Shown here piece after piece: positions 53,556-63,307 of a DNA stretch of 64,000 bases. Position 1 is the stretch's first letter. Each line of letters opens with the position of its first letter. The DNA is from an uncultured Nitrososphaerota archaeon (GTDB lineage: Archaea > Thermoproteota > Nitrososphaeria > Conexivisphaerales > DTJL01), in assembly GCA_963842885.1 (NCBI GenBank), contig CAWJIE010000005.1:416001-480000 (forward strand), read 5' to 3'. Made by a program: the position numbers and the translations under genes. The notes beneath the pieces were generated by a model, which ran no database searches, had not been told where the DNA came from, and worked only from the letters and a program-made list of their open reading frames with translations.

Positions 53556-53693
53556 CGGGTAGAAATTTGGACCGAGAGTGATTTCTCCCAGCTGGTGGAC
53601 GCAAGCGGGCTCATGATTGTCTTCGGCAAGGCGTGCCACATCCACAGGTTTTAGTCGCCAGTCAAGAGCCCTCCCGAAGAATGAGCACCAGGC

Positions 53694-54848
53694 TCAGCGA
53701 CCGCCCAAAGTAAAGGCCACGCCCTCCACCCACAGGTGGCTGTGAAGGGTCCGGGCCACGCCTTCCTGTCTTATCGCCTTTCGCCCAAGGAGACGCTTCA
53801 GCTCGTCGAAGTCCGAAGTCACCACGACCGCCCTTCCCCCCTCCTTGAGCACGTTCGGGAGGTTGTCGACGAACCTGGCATAGAGGAGCGCCATCCGGTT
53901 CAGCTTGGCACCCCTCACGCCGAAGGGAGGGTTGGTCACGATGACATCGGCCTTGTGCGGCAGGACGGTCTTCGTGCAGTCGCCGAGGACCACGCTCACA
54001 TCCCGGAGGCCGGCGGCCTCCAGGTTCCTCCTGCATCCCTTAAGGTGGACGGAGTTGATCTCAGAGCCCAGTATGGAGCTGAACCCCGGCATCACCGGCT
54101 TCGCAGGGGCGGCGGCCTCCTCGGCCATCGGGTCGAAGTCAACAAAACCTCTGTACCTATAGTCTCTCTTCCCATGGGTCGGCTGCGACTTGGACATCTG
54201 CGCCGCTTCGATGAGGATGGTTCCTCCTCCACAGAACGGGTCGTAGAGGATCCCTCCCCTGGGTTTGGCCATGAGAAGGAGCGAAGCGGCCAGCGTTGGT
54301 CGGATGCCTGAAGGGTGGTTGTACACCCTGTATTCCCTGAAGTTCAGAGACTCCCCCGTCGTGTCAGCATAGAGCGAAGCCGTCTCACCCTCGACGCACA
54401 GGTACAGGTGGGCGTCGGACCTCCCCCTTGCCAGCCTCGCGCCGCCCCGCGAACCGAACGCTCTGGGAAGGAAGGATGAAAGCTGGGTGATCCAGCGGGA
54501 ACGGACCCTGGTGACGAATTCGTCGGCATCCAACGTGACCCCGGAGACGTGCCCAAGCAGGCCGAAGTCGCATCCGGAAAGGAGCTCGCCGACGACGTCA
54601 GCCTCTCGCTGAGGCTGGAGCTGGCGATCTGGACCATGACGCGGTCGAAGGTCCTCCCAAATCGGTTCAGAGTGTAGATGAGCTCGAACGGGCCGTTGAG
54701 CGTGATGGAGCCGCTGCCCTTCCCCTCGACACGTTCCACCAAGGGAGACGAGCTCGTCGGCGCAGAACGCTTCGAATCCTTCGTGACAGGAGACTCTGAA
54801 CCGCAACCTCGGATTGAGCGTCGAATCCCTCGTCTTAAAAACTTGCAA
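53694..54848 (-). CDS. THUMP-domain tRNA guanine-N2 methyltransferase (Trm14-like), frameshifted in 5' part
   Basis: DTTGESL..R.YRVY.HP, DPFCGGGTI.IE, VTNPPFG. Confidence 0.85.
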   Translation of the reverse strand: MQVFKTRDSTLNPRLRFRVSCHEGFEAFCADELVSLGGTCRGEGQRLHHAQRPVRAHLHSEPIWEDLRPRHGPDRQLQPQREADVVGELLSGCDFGLLGHVSGVTLDADEFVTRVRSRWITQLSSFLPRAFGSRGGARLARGRSDAHLYLCVEGETASLYADTTGESLNFREYRVYNHPSGIRPTLAASLLLMAKPRGGILYDPFCGGGTILIEAAQMSKSQPTHGKRDYRYRGFVDFDPMAEEAAAPAKPVMPGFSSILGSEINSVHLKGCRRNLEAAGLRDVSVVLGDCTKTVLPHKADVIVTNPPFGVRGAKLNRMALLYARFVDNLPNVLKEGGRAVVVTSDFDELKRLLGRKAIRQEGVARTLHSHLWVEGVAFTLGGR

Positions 54849-54952
54849 AGGCCGACCACCGCTTCACAGTACTGCTCCAGCGGCCAAGCTCCTCGTTAAG
54901 GAGCATCAGCCTTAAATATGGAAATTACCACTTCCTGCGCAGGTATTTGCAA

Positions 54953-55384
54953 ATGGCTCGCGCAGTCGACTATAAGCCGAAGCCCATCGACCAAGACTTC
55001 CTCAAGAAACCGGAGGAATTCCCTGTGACCGGCGAGCATGCCGGCCACAAGATCAGGGCCGAAGGCAAGGAAAGGCTGGACAACGAAGGCAAGCCCAATC
55101 CGACGCGCCTGGGAATCCACGGCACCGCCGTTGGCGTAGATTGGGAGGCCTGCGTAGCCGATGGAGCCTGCATGGACGTTTGCCCAGTGAACGTGTTCGA
55201 GTGGCTTCTCGCCCCCGGCAAATCGGGAACGGGCAACGACAAGCTTGTGGAGCAGGGGAGCGACGAGTACAACAAGTACAGAACGGACAAGTGCGACCCC
55301 ATAAGAGAGGCCGACTGCATCTTCTGTCACGCGTGCGAGACTGCATGCCCCACTGCAGCCATCAAGATCACCGAAGCGTCGTAA
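54953..55384 (+). CDS. zfx: Zinc-containing dicluster ferredoxin
   Basis: GEH.GH...LGIHGT Zn ligands; CVADGAC...CPV and CIFCHAC...CP. Confidence 0.88.
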   Translation: MARAVDYKPKPIDQDFLKKPEEFPVTGEHAGHKIRAEGKERLDNEGKPNPTRLGIHGTAVGVDWEACVADGACMDVCPVNVFEWLLAPGKSGTGNDKLVEQGSDEYNKYRTDKCDPIREADCIFCHACETACPTAAIKITEAS

Positions 55385-55492
55385 GCTCGCCGAAATGTCC
55401 TCTTCCGTCGGTCGTAGCGTGAGCTTTTCCCTCTCCGACGTCGCGCCAAAGCTTATAGAACAGGATGCTCGCGCACGGTTCGAGTATAGAAT

Positions 55493-56003
55493 TTGGACGC
55501 CCTTGAAGCCGTTCTAAGCCGAATAGAGGTCAGGGACTTCGCACCCACTCCCGTGCCGCGCGATGTACAAATCAAGGTCCTCGAGGCGGCAAGGATGGCC
55601 CCCAGTGCCTACAACAAACAACTGTGGCACTTCATCCTCATCGACGACAGGAAACTCCTGACCGACTTGGGGAAGATTTCGACCACAGGGCCCTACATCA
55701 AGGACGCCGCGTTCGCCGTTGCTGTGCTCGTCGACAAGACGTATCCGCAGTCTAGCATGGACTCCGATAAGATGCATCCAGGGCATGATGATCGCCGCAT
55801 GGGGGTTAGGTCTGGGGTAATGCTATGTTGGGGGCATCGACAGAGAGAAAGCCAAGGAGATATTGAAGGCGCCAGCGAAGCTTTACGTCGCCTCCATCAT
55901 CCCGTTCGGATACCCGGCGAAGGCTCTAGAAGGGAAGAAGAGCAGAAAACCTCTGTCGGAGGTAGCGTCCCTCAACACCTACGGTAACAAGATCCTTCAC
56001 TAG
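55493..56003 (+). CDS. Nitroreductase family protein (frameshifted)
   Basis: R.EVRDF, APSAYNKQ.WHF, IPFGYP in shifted frame. Confidence 0.85.
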
Positions 56004-56364
56004 TCGTTTCAGAACATCCGATAAGCGTCGCCATGCGGCCAAACCGAGCCCATCTGAGCACTTTTCGGTACGGAATGCGTCCACCGAGGGACCGTTGGGA
56101 CTGGCGGTGAAGAACTATCCACTCTGGACGAGCCGGCAGGAATTATCCATTCTAGGAAACCAAGAAGAACCCCGTTCAATAATTTGACTGAGTCAATATC
56201 GCACGGATTGTGCTCAACACCCAAAGAGTCTCCATTACCTGCCAGGGGCTACTGCACGCATGGTTCCCCGCTAAGCCTGAACTCAGGGAAGTTGTCCACT
56301 GTGCAACAACACCGCCGGCATCGCCAACTGATGTTTTAATACTAGGCGAATCGTCTTTCGACTC

Positions 56365-56895
56365 ATGCCCATCGTCGAATTCCAGCATCGTAAGCCCATC
56401 CTGAGCAGAGACTGCTGGGTCGCTCATTCCGCGCTGCTGATTGGCGACGTGTCTCTCGCTTCAGGGAGCAGCGTCTGGTTCAACGCGGTCCTTCGCGGGG
56501 ACAACGCCTCGATAAAGGTCGGCAACGACAGCAACATCCAAGAAGGGGTGGTCGTCCATCCTGACCGGAGTGCGGCCTTCATAGGCCAGAGGGTCACTGT
56601 CGGCCATCACGCCTCCCTGGAGGGGGTCTACATCGACGACGAAGTCCTCATAGGGATTGGTGCCCTGGTCCTGGAGGACACAAGGGTGGGGAAAGGCAGC
56701 CTTGTCGCCGCCGGAAGCGTGGTTCCGTCAGGCCTCTCCATTCCGCCAGGTAGCCTCGTGATGGGCAACCCGGCGAGGATTGTCGGTGAGGTGGAGCCGA
56801 AACACCTCAAGCTCATCCAGGAAGGCTGGCATCATTACACCGAGCTTAAGGAGGAATACAGACAGATCCCCTCCTTCGACATCAAGAAGACATAG
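56365..56895 (+). CDS. Gamma-carbonic anhydrase-like hexapeptide repeat protein
   Basis: IGDV, WFNAVLRGD, NIQEG.V.H, VGH, GNPA. Confidence 0.9.
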   Translation: MPIVEFQHRKPILSRDCWVAHSALLIGDVSLASGSSVWFNAVLRGDNASIKVGNDSNIQEGVVVHPDRSAAFIGQRVTVGHHASLEGVYIDDEVLIGIGALVLEDTRVGKGSLVAAGSVVPSGLSIPPGSLVMGNPARIVGEVEPKHLKLIQEGWHHYTELKEEYRQIPSFDIKKT

Positions 56896-56966
56896 GCGGT
56901 GACGCAATGAGAGCGTCATGCCCCAATCGACTTATACCCGCTGACGGTTGCCCCCAGTAGGCTGAA

Positions 56967-59843
56967 TTGAGCACTAAGCGCGGCGTCGAAGGGGTATTCA
57001 GGAGCTTCACTCCGGCGATAGTGGAGCTGCTCATAGAGGGGAACATCCTGAAGCCCACGCCGCCTCAGGTGGAGGCCATCCCCCTGATCTCCTCTGGCAG
57101 GAACACTTTGGTCGTCTCCCCAACGGGATCCGGCAAGACGGAGGCCGCCATCCTCCCCATCCTGGATATAATGGTGAGGGGCTCGGTGCAGTCGAAACGG
57201 GGGGTCCTCCTCCTCTTCATCACCCCGCTGAGGGCTCTCAACCGTGACCTCCTCGACAGGATGACGCGCTGGTGCAAGACCCTCGACATTCGGCTGGCCG
57301 TAAGGCACGGAGACACGGAAACCGCGGAAAGGAGGACGCAGACCATGGCGCCCCCGCACGTCCTCATCACCACGCCGGAGACCCTGGAGGTCCTCCTCGT
57401 CGCTAAGGTATTCAGGGAGCACCTTAGGAGCCTGCGTTGGGTCGTGGTGGACGAAATACACGAGCTCGCCACCGACAAGCGGGGCACGCAGCTGGCCGTC
57501 GCCCTGGAGCGCCTAAGAAGGCTCACGGATGCGGACTTCCAGCGCATCGGATTGTCCGCCACCGTCGGCGATCCCGAGAAGGTCGCCAACTTCCTTGTGG
57601 GCCCAGGTAGGGAATGCTCCGTCGTCAAGACGCCGGTGGCCAAGCTTTTCAAGTTCGAGGTCCTCTACCCGGAGGCGAGCAAACAGGACTCGGCCATGGC
57701 TGACAAGATGATGAGCCACCCGGACGTGACCGCCAGGCTGAGGACCATGCTGCGCCTCATCGAAGAAGGGCCCCTCCTCATCTTCACCAACACCAGGACC
57801 GAAGCTGAAATCCTGACAAGCCGGCTCAGGCAGTGGAGTCCCCGCATAGCGATAGCCGTCCACCACGGGAGCCTCTCTCGGGCCTCCAGGTCAAAGGCTG
57901 AAGAGGACCTGAAGTCGGGCCGATTAAAGGCCGTTGTATGCACCAGCAGCCTCGAGCTGGGCATTGACGTGGGCCTGTTGAACCTCGTCATCCAATATAA
58001 CTCTCCGAGACAGGTCGTTCGGCTCATACAGCGTGCTGGGCGGAGCGGCCACACTCTGGAGAGGACCAGCAGGTGCGTAGTCATCTGCCAGGACGCCGAC
58101 GACGCCCTAGAGGCTGCGGTGGTAGGGAGGAGGGCGAAGGAGGAGCTTCTCGAAGAACCCGTCATCCCCATGCTGTGCAGCGACGTGCTGGTGCAGCAGC
58201 TCTCTGGCCTGCTCATCGAATCCGGCAGGCTGGAGACGAGCGATGCACTTTCCCTATTCAGGAGGAGCTTTCCATTCACCCAGCTGAACGAGCGCGACAT
58301 CAGGGAGGCCGTCGACTACATGGCGATGCTCAAGCCTCGTCTGGCAAGGGCTGCGGGGGATGACATCGCCCGACCTTCGGACAACCGCGGCCTTTTCACG
58401 TATTATTTCGACAACCTCACCATGATCCCTGAGCACCGGCAGTACCCCGTCATCACCGAAAAGAAGGAGGCGGTGGGGCTCCTCGACGAGGAGTTCGTGT
58501 CGGAGCACGGCGAGATAGGGAAGAAGTTCATCCTCAGGGGGAGCGTCTGGAGGATAAACCAGGTTTACAACTCCAAGGTCTTTGTCGAGGAAGACGACGA
58601 CCCGATGGGAGCCATCCCGAGCTGGGTGGGCGAAGAGATACCCGTGCCCACCGAGGTCGCAATGGAGGTCGGGAGCCTCAGGGGCCTGGCCCCGAGAGCC
58701 GAGTCGGAGGGGAAGCACCTCTCTGCGCTCTGCGAGGAGCTGGCCGCCCGGTACCCCATGAGGGAGGAGGGGTTCAAGAGATCCCTCTCCTCCGCCGTCC
58801 AGCAGCTGAAGATGGGTCTGGCTCTTCCGTCAGACTTCACGATCACGGTCGAACAGTGGAAGGAGCTCGTCATCATAGTGACCCACAGGGGGCTCAAGGC
58901 GAACAGGACGCTGGGTCGACTGCTTTCATACAGATGCTCTTCGGTCCTGGGGAAGCCCGTCAGCGTCAACCAGGACGCATACAGGATATTCCTGGAGGGC
59001 AAGACGCTCACCTGCGAATCCGTCAAGGACGCCCTCGGCTATCTGGCAGAGAGCGACCTCGTGTCCTATGTGACCGCCGCCTGCGAAGACACGGGCCTCT
59101 TCCGGAGGAGGTTTGTCCACGTCGCTCGTAAGATGGGCGTCCTCTCGAGAGACGCAGAGCTAACGAGCTCCCTGGTCAAGCAGCTCGTCGAGACCTACAA
59201 GGGCTCCCTCCCGTACAGAGAGGCCTGGAGGACCTTCCTCCAAGAGGACTTGGATTCGAGAGAGACCAGCGCCCTCCTCGCAGGGCTCGCCTCAGGCAGG
59301 ATCGCCGTCGAGCTGCTGGGCCGGCTGGCTGAGCCCAGCCCCATCGCCATGATAGGGCTCGAAGAGATGTCCCGCAAGGGCGAGGTGATGGATCCGGCAA
59401 AGATGAAGCGGCTCCTCCTCGAGTCGGCCAGGTCCAGGGTGCTCAACGGAAGGACCATCCTCGTCTGTCCCAACTGTTGGAACTACGTCGAAGAGAAGTA
59501 CGTCGTCGACCTTCCCGAAAGGATCTCCTGCCCCCTGTGCAAATCCGACAGGGTGGCATCGTCCTACCGCGAACTTGAAGAGATGCAGGACCTGGCCAGA
59601 AAGGTGCGGAGCCGCACGAGCCTCTCCAGAGGGACGCTGAGACACAAGAAGGAACTGGAGGGAAGCTCGCGCCTAAATTCGACCTTCGGATCCATGGGAG
59701 TAAAGGCCCAGGTCTTCAACGTCGCCCTCGCACGGCTGGCCGAGATGCTCGCCAGGGCCCCAGGGAACGAAGACGACCTCCTCCTCGCTCTGATGGAGGA
59801 GGAGAGGAAGACGTACTTGAAGCGCTTCGTGGGCTCTAGGTAG
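56967..59843 (+). CDS. Lhr-family SF2 helicase with C-terminal Zn finger
   Basis: PTGSGKT, DEIH, SAT, HHGSL, SSLELGID, QRAGRSGH, PSWVGE, CPNC/CPLC. Confidence 0.93.
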   Translation: MSTKRGVEGVFRSFTPAIVELLIEGNILKPTPPQVEAIPLISSGRNTLVVSPTGSGKTEAAILPILDIMVRGSVQSKRGVLLLFITPLRALNRDLLDRMTRWCKTLDIRLAVRHGDTETAERRTQTMAPPHVLITTPETLEVLLVAKVFREHLRSLRWVVVDEIHELATDKRGTQLAVALERLRRLTDADFQRIGLSATVGDPEKVANFLVGPGRECSVVKTPVAKLFKFEVLYPEASKQDSAMADKMMSHPDVTARLRTMLRLIEEGPLLIFTNTRTEAEILTSRLRQWSPRIAIAVHHGSLSRASRSKAEEDLKSGRLKAVVCTSSLELGIDVGLLNLVIQYNSPRQVVRLIQRAGRSGHTLERTSRCVVICQDADDALEAAVVGRRAKEELLEEPVIPMLCSDVLVQQLSGLLIESGRLETSDALSLFRRSFPFTQLNERDIREAVDYMAMLKPRLARAAGDDIARPSDNRGLFTYYFDNLTMIPEHRQYPVITEKKEAVGLLDEEFVSEHGEIGKKFILRGSVWRINQVYNSKVFVEEDDDPMGAIPSWVGEEIPVPTEVAMEVGSLRGLAPRAESEGKHLSALCEELAARYPMREEGFKRSLSSAVQQLKMGLALPSDFTITVEQWKELVIIVTHRGLKANRTLGRLLSYRCSSVLGKPVSVNQDAYRIFLEGKTLTCESVKDALGYLAESDLVSYVTAACEDTGLFRRRFVHVARKMGVLSRDAELTSSLVKQLVETYKGSLPYREAWRTFLQEDLDSRETSALLAGLASGRIAVELLGRLAEPSPIAMIGLEEMSRKGEVMDPAKMKRLLLESARSRVLNGRTILVCPNCWNYVEEKYVVDLPERISCPLCKSDRVASSYRELEEMQDLARKVRSRTSLSRGTLRHKKELEGSSRLNSTFGSMGVKAQVFNVALARLAEMLARAPGNEDDLLLALMEEERKTYLKRFVGSR

Positions 59844-60405
59844 AAGGTTGTGAGGCGTCTATGCGCTTCGAAAGTATGGAGGTGAGGAGCTCGTCCCTGT
59901 CTATCTCCACGCGGCTCCTCCACCCGACCCGGATGAAGTCGCCATCTTCCTCCAGGTAGCCCAGGCGCACGAGCTTGTTCATGATCTGCTGAACGCGCCA
60001 CGCTGGAAGCTTCTCCTTGATGGTGTCCTCAAGGAGGCGCTTGGGGGCCGAGCCCGCACGCACGAAGAGCTGGCTCAAGAGGATGGCCAGGCTCGCCGCC
60101 TCCTCCATCCTGAGCCATCCGCCAAGCTCCCTGTCCTTCAGGGGCGCCTTGGTCACCAGCACGTAGCGGGCCTTGTCCGGATCCTTCTCGTCTTCCTCGT
60201 CGGGCACCGCGACGAGCTTCAGGCCGAATTCCGAGGCCAAAGAGTCCGTCAGCTTGAGGACGTCAAGGTAGCTCCTCCCGAGGAGGCGCTTGAGCTCCCA
60301 ACCTTTGAGACCAGGCTGGAAGTGGCGCTGGTAGAGCAGTGTCGTAAGGCCCTTCAGGGCCTTCTCTTTGAGCTCTTGCGTGTCCTTGTTCTGTTCTTGT
60401 GTCAC
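59836..60405 (-). CDS. Tandem winged-helix protein, putative kite (ScpB/Nse-like) partner of the SMC-like ATPase
   Basis: Third gene of the SMC operon; C-terminal L.RLGYLEE....IRVGWR wing motif. Confidence 0.6.
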   Translation of the reverse strand: MTQEQNKDTQELKEKALKGLTTLLYQRHFQPGLKGWELKRLLGRSYLDVLKLTDSLASEFGLKLVAVPDEEDEKDPDKARYVLVTKAPLKDRELGGWLRMEEAASLAILLSQLFVRAGSAPKRLLEDTIKEKLPAWRVQQIMNKLVRLGYLEEDGDFIRVGWRSRVEIDRDELLTSILSKRIDASQPST

Positions 60406-60410
60406 CCATC

Positions 60411-61139
60411 TCACCCCAATGAAATCGCAACGGACCTGTCTACTTTGCCCTCCGCAGGCGTTATGAGATAGTCCGAAGTGGACGGGTCGTAGCGGAGGGC
60501 GAACGCTCCCCTCATGCACAGGTGGGCAAGAGAGTAGGTCTCCTTGAGCTTCTCCGCCCCCTGGAAGCCGCCCGCGAACTCCTTGAAGAGAAGAGGACCT
60601 TCGGCAAGCCTCCGGCTGACCCTGAGGAATGTGGACCGGAGGCACTTTTCAAGCTCCTCGGGGTCCATCCTTATGGATTCATAGGCGGTCCCTTCGTCCG
60701 CTGGTCCCAGCGGCCCCAGCCGGCCTAAAGAACCCCACCCGTAGAGCTGCACCCAGTAATCGGCGGCCTCGAGCAGCCTCGAGGTGGGCATCAGCTTCGC
60801 AGCGGCCGGGGGATGGTGCGCCTCCCCCAATGCCCCCGCTATGTCCGAGACGCTGAGAGACATCAGCTTGGAGATGAGAAGGCCCGGGTCCACCTGGAAG
60901 GTCGTCAATTGGAAGGTGAGCCATTCGTCCTGCAGGCCGACGACCTTGCTGACCGCGTTGATGGCCTGGGCGTCGGCGAGGAGGTCTTGCCTCTCCAGCT
61001 CCTTGAGGCCCTTCTTTAGCCTCCTCAGTATGGGCTTGACCTCCACCATGAAGGGATCTCCTCCCTGGTCCTTGAGGTCCTCAGGGAGCGAAGCCACCCT
61101 GAGCCTGTACTCCTTCGCGTCACTCGACTTTGCTGACAC
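60411..61139 (-). CDS. Putative kleisin (ScpA-like) partner of the SMC-like ATPase
   Basis: DPF.VEV N-terminal motif resembling ScpA DPW.IDI; C-terminal wHTH-like segment; overlaps the SMC stop. Confidence 0.55.
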   Translation of the reverse strand: MSAKSSDAKEYRLRVASLPEDLKDQGGDPFMVEVKPILRRLKKGLKELERQDLLADAQAINAVSKVVGLQDEWLTFQLTTFQVDPGLLISKLMSLSVSDIAGALGEAHHPPAAAKLMPTSRLLEAADYWVQLYGWGSLGRLGPLGPADEGTAYESIRMDPEELEKCLRSTFLRVSRRLAEGPLLFKEFAGGFQGAEKLKETYSLAHLCMRGAFALRYDPSTSDYLITPAEGKVDRSVAISLG

Positions 61140-63048
61140 CCTTGGCCACCTTGATCTGCGAAGCCGTAGCCACCTTCTGGACCATTATGTAGTGAGCAGA
61201 CTCGTCATAGAAAGCCGGCGAGCCGGGCGTTATGACCAGATACTGCACCGACCTGTCCGCCTTGAAATAGTCGTGGATGGCCCTGATGAAAGTCTCGCGG
61301 CTGGACGGGTCCATGTGGACGTCGAACTCGTCCACGGCCCTGAACGGCGAGATGATGTGCTCTTGGAGGGCGAACAGGAAAGCGGTAACGGCCGAGCTCC
61401 GCTCGCCTCCGCTCTGTGTGTACGCGTCCAGCGGGACCAAGTCCTGTCCCCTGAAGGCCACTTGGAGCTCGAGGCCCGCCCTGAGGGGGTCATCCTCCCC
61501 AACTACCCTCACCCTTCCGCTACCGCCGATCAGGGACAGCATCTTGCCGTAGCTTTCGTTGACCCCGGAGATGAGTTCGTCCAGCTGCTTGCGCCAGACC
61601 TTGAACCTCTCGTTGACCTCCTCCAGGGTGGCCTCCTTGTTCTCCTTCAACTCGTCCAGCTTCCCGGAGAGATCCTGTATCCTGATCTGGAAATCGCGAT
61701 AAATCTGCTCGGCCTCCTGGGGGATGTCGCCCAGCTGGACTAGCTGCGCTTCGTCCACCTTGATGGCAAGCTGGATGTCGCCCAGGCTCCTCGTAGAGGT
61801 CACTCTGAGGCCAAGGGCTTCCGCGGCCGACTTCGCCGCCACCAGCTCTTCTTGCGACGAAACCTGCAAACCTTCAAGGGTCTTCAGCTCCCTCTTCTTC
61901 TCCTTGAGGCGATAGTCCAAGACAGCGACCTTCTCTCTTGACACGGCGTATGCCTCTACCTTGGCGGGGAATCCCGAGCTCTCCGCACCCAGCCCTCTTT
62001 CGACGGAGGAGATCTCGTCCTCCAGCGTCTTGACTCTTCCCTGTCCAGAGCTCAACACCTTCTCTACCTCTTCGGCAAGGTCCTTCGAAGCGTCCTGCAG
62101 CGCTGCCTTCAAAGAGCCGTAGGACGAAGAATCATGCTGAATCGTTAGCAGGTCACCTCGCAGCCTGGACAGGCTCCTCTCTCCCTTGAGCAGCGATTCT
62201 AGGGCTTCGGTGATGGCCTTGGCTCGTTCCTGAACGTCTCCCTGCCCTTCCCCCAGCTTCGTCGTCATCTCAGCGATCGTCGATTCGGCCTCCCTGATGC
62301 GCTGGGCGATGGAGGTAAGCTTCTCCTCCTCTCTAGAGACCCTGCACCACACCTCTTCAAGCCTGAACCTGGTGAGCTCTTCGCGTAGACCCTGGATTTT
62401 CACACTCTTTTCATAGTTCTCCTGCCAGCGAGCCAACGTGGTCTTCGCAGTCTCCAGCTCCTTCTTCTTCTCCTCTTCCTCGGTCAGAATGGAATCGAGC
62501 CTGCCTTTGGCCTCCAGCAGGCTCGCCCTGTACGAGGCCAATCCGGCGGCATCCTCGACAAGGGCCAGCTTCTCTTCAGGCCTGACGACACTGAATGTGT
62601 CTCCAAGGCCTTGATGCATCATTATGAGCATGTTGTCCGGGTTGAGGCCGAGCTTGCCCAGCGTTTCGACGACCGCCTGCTTGTCAGCCTCCTTGAAATC
62701 GATCTCGAACCAGTATGTGCCATCCTTCCGGATGTACCTCGAGAGGTGAATCGTGTCGGCCCTGTAAGGGAGGGGCCTTTTGCCATTGACGGGAGAGTTA
62801 TCAAGGAGAAGCGTAACCCTGGAAATGTCCCTGCCTCTCTTGACCAGGTCGCTGAGCTTCCTCGACCTCTCGGTCGAGGCTTGGCCCAAAGCGACAGATA
62901 TGCCAATCAGAATGCTTGACTTCCCCGCGCCATTTGGGCCCATGACTACGTTGAGGCCAGGCTTGAGCATGACTCGGCCATAGTCGTAGCTAAGGAAGTT
63001 CTCGAGGATGACCTCCTTGATGAATGCCCGGCCCTCCCCTTTCTCCAA
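61120..63048 (-). CDS. Short SMC-like ATPase (642 aa; ClsN/Sph/arcadin-4-like)
   Basis: ENFLSY, GPNGAGKS Walker A, coiled coil, QSGGE signature, DEFDVHMD Walker B, ITP. Confidence 0.9.
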   Translation of the reverse strand: MEKGEGRAFIKEVILENFLSYDYGRVMLKPGLNVVMGPNGAGKSSILIGISVALGQASTERSRKLSDLVKRGRDISRVTLLLDNSPVNGKRPLPYRADTIHLSRYIRKDGTYWFEIDFKEADKQAVVETLGKLGLNPDNMLIMMHQGLGDTFSVVRPEEKLALVEDAAGLASYRASLLEAKGRLDSILTEEEEKKKELETAKTTLARWQENYEKSVKIQGLREELTRFRLEEVWCRVSREEEKLTSIAQRIREAESTIAEMTTKLGEGQGDVQERAKAITEALESLLKGERSLSRLRGDLLTIQHDSSSYGSLKAALQDASKDLAEEVEKVLSSGQGRVKTLEDEISSVERGLGAESSGFPAKVEAYAVSREKVAVLDYRLKEKKRELKTLEGLQVSSQEELVAAKSAAEALGLRVTSTRSLGDIQLAIKVDEAQLVQLGDIPQEAEQIYRDFQIRIQDLSGKLDELKENKEATLEEVNERFKVWRKQLDELISGVNESYGKMLSLIGGSGRVRVVGEDDPLRAGLELQVAFRGQDLVPLDAYTQSGGERSSAVTAFLFALQEHIISPFRAVDEFDVHMDPSSRETFIRAIHDYFKADRSVQYLVITPGSPAFYDESAHYIMVQKVATASQIKVAKGVSKVE

Positions 63049-63127
63049 CGCCGCCTATCCGCTAAGAAGACAGGTAATAAACCGTTTGCCATCCTACTTA
63101 GTTGACAACCGCCTAGATGTGGCTGAC

Positions 63128-63145
63128 CGACACTAGGAAGCACAC
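63128..63145 (-). repeat. GTGCTTCCTAGT motif copy 5 (inverted), upstream of the SMC operon
   Basis: CGACACTAGGAAGCACAC on + strand, followed by an A/C-rich tract. Confidence 0.9.
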
Positions 63146-63307
63146 ACCAAAACAACTCCAAAATTCAACAACAACTATGCGAATGGAACCCAGAGCAAGA
63201 GAAGCTAACAGAACTCATGAAGCGGTAGAAAGAAGCACAAATGCCGACCCTAACCATAAGGCCCCAGTGCCCAAGAAACAAGACGGCCGCCGCACCTGTC
63301 GGCTCTC

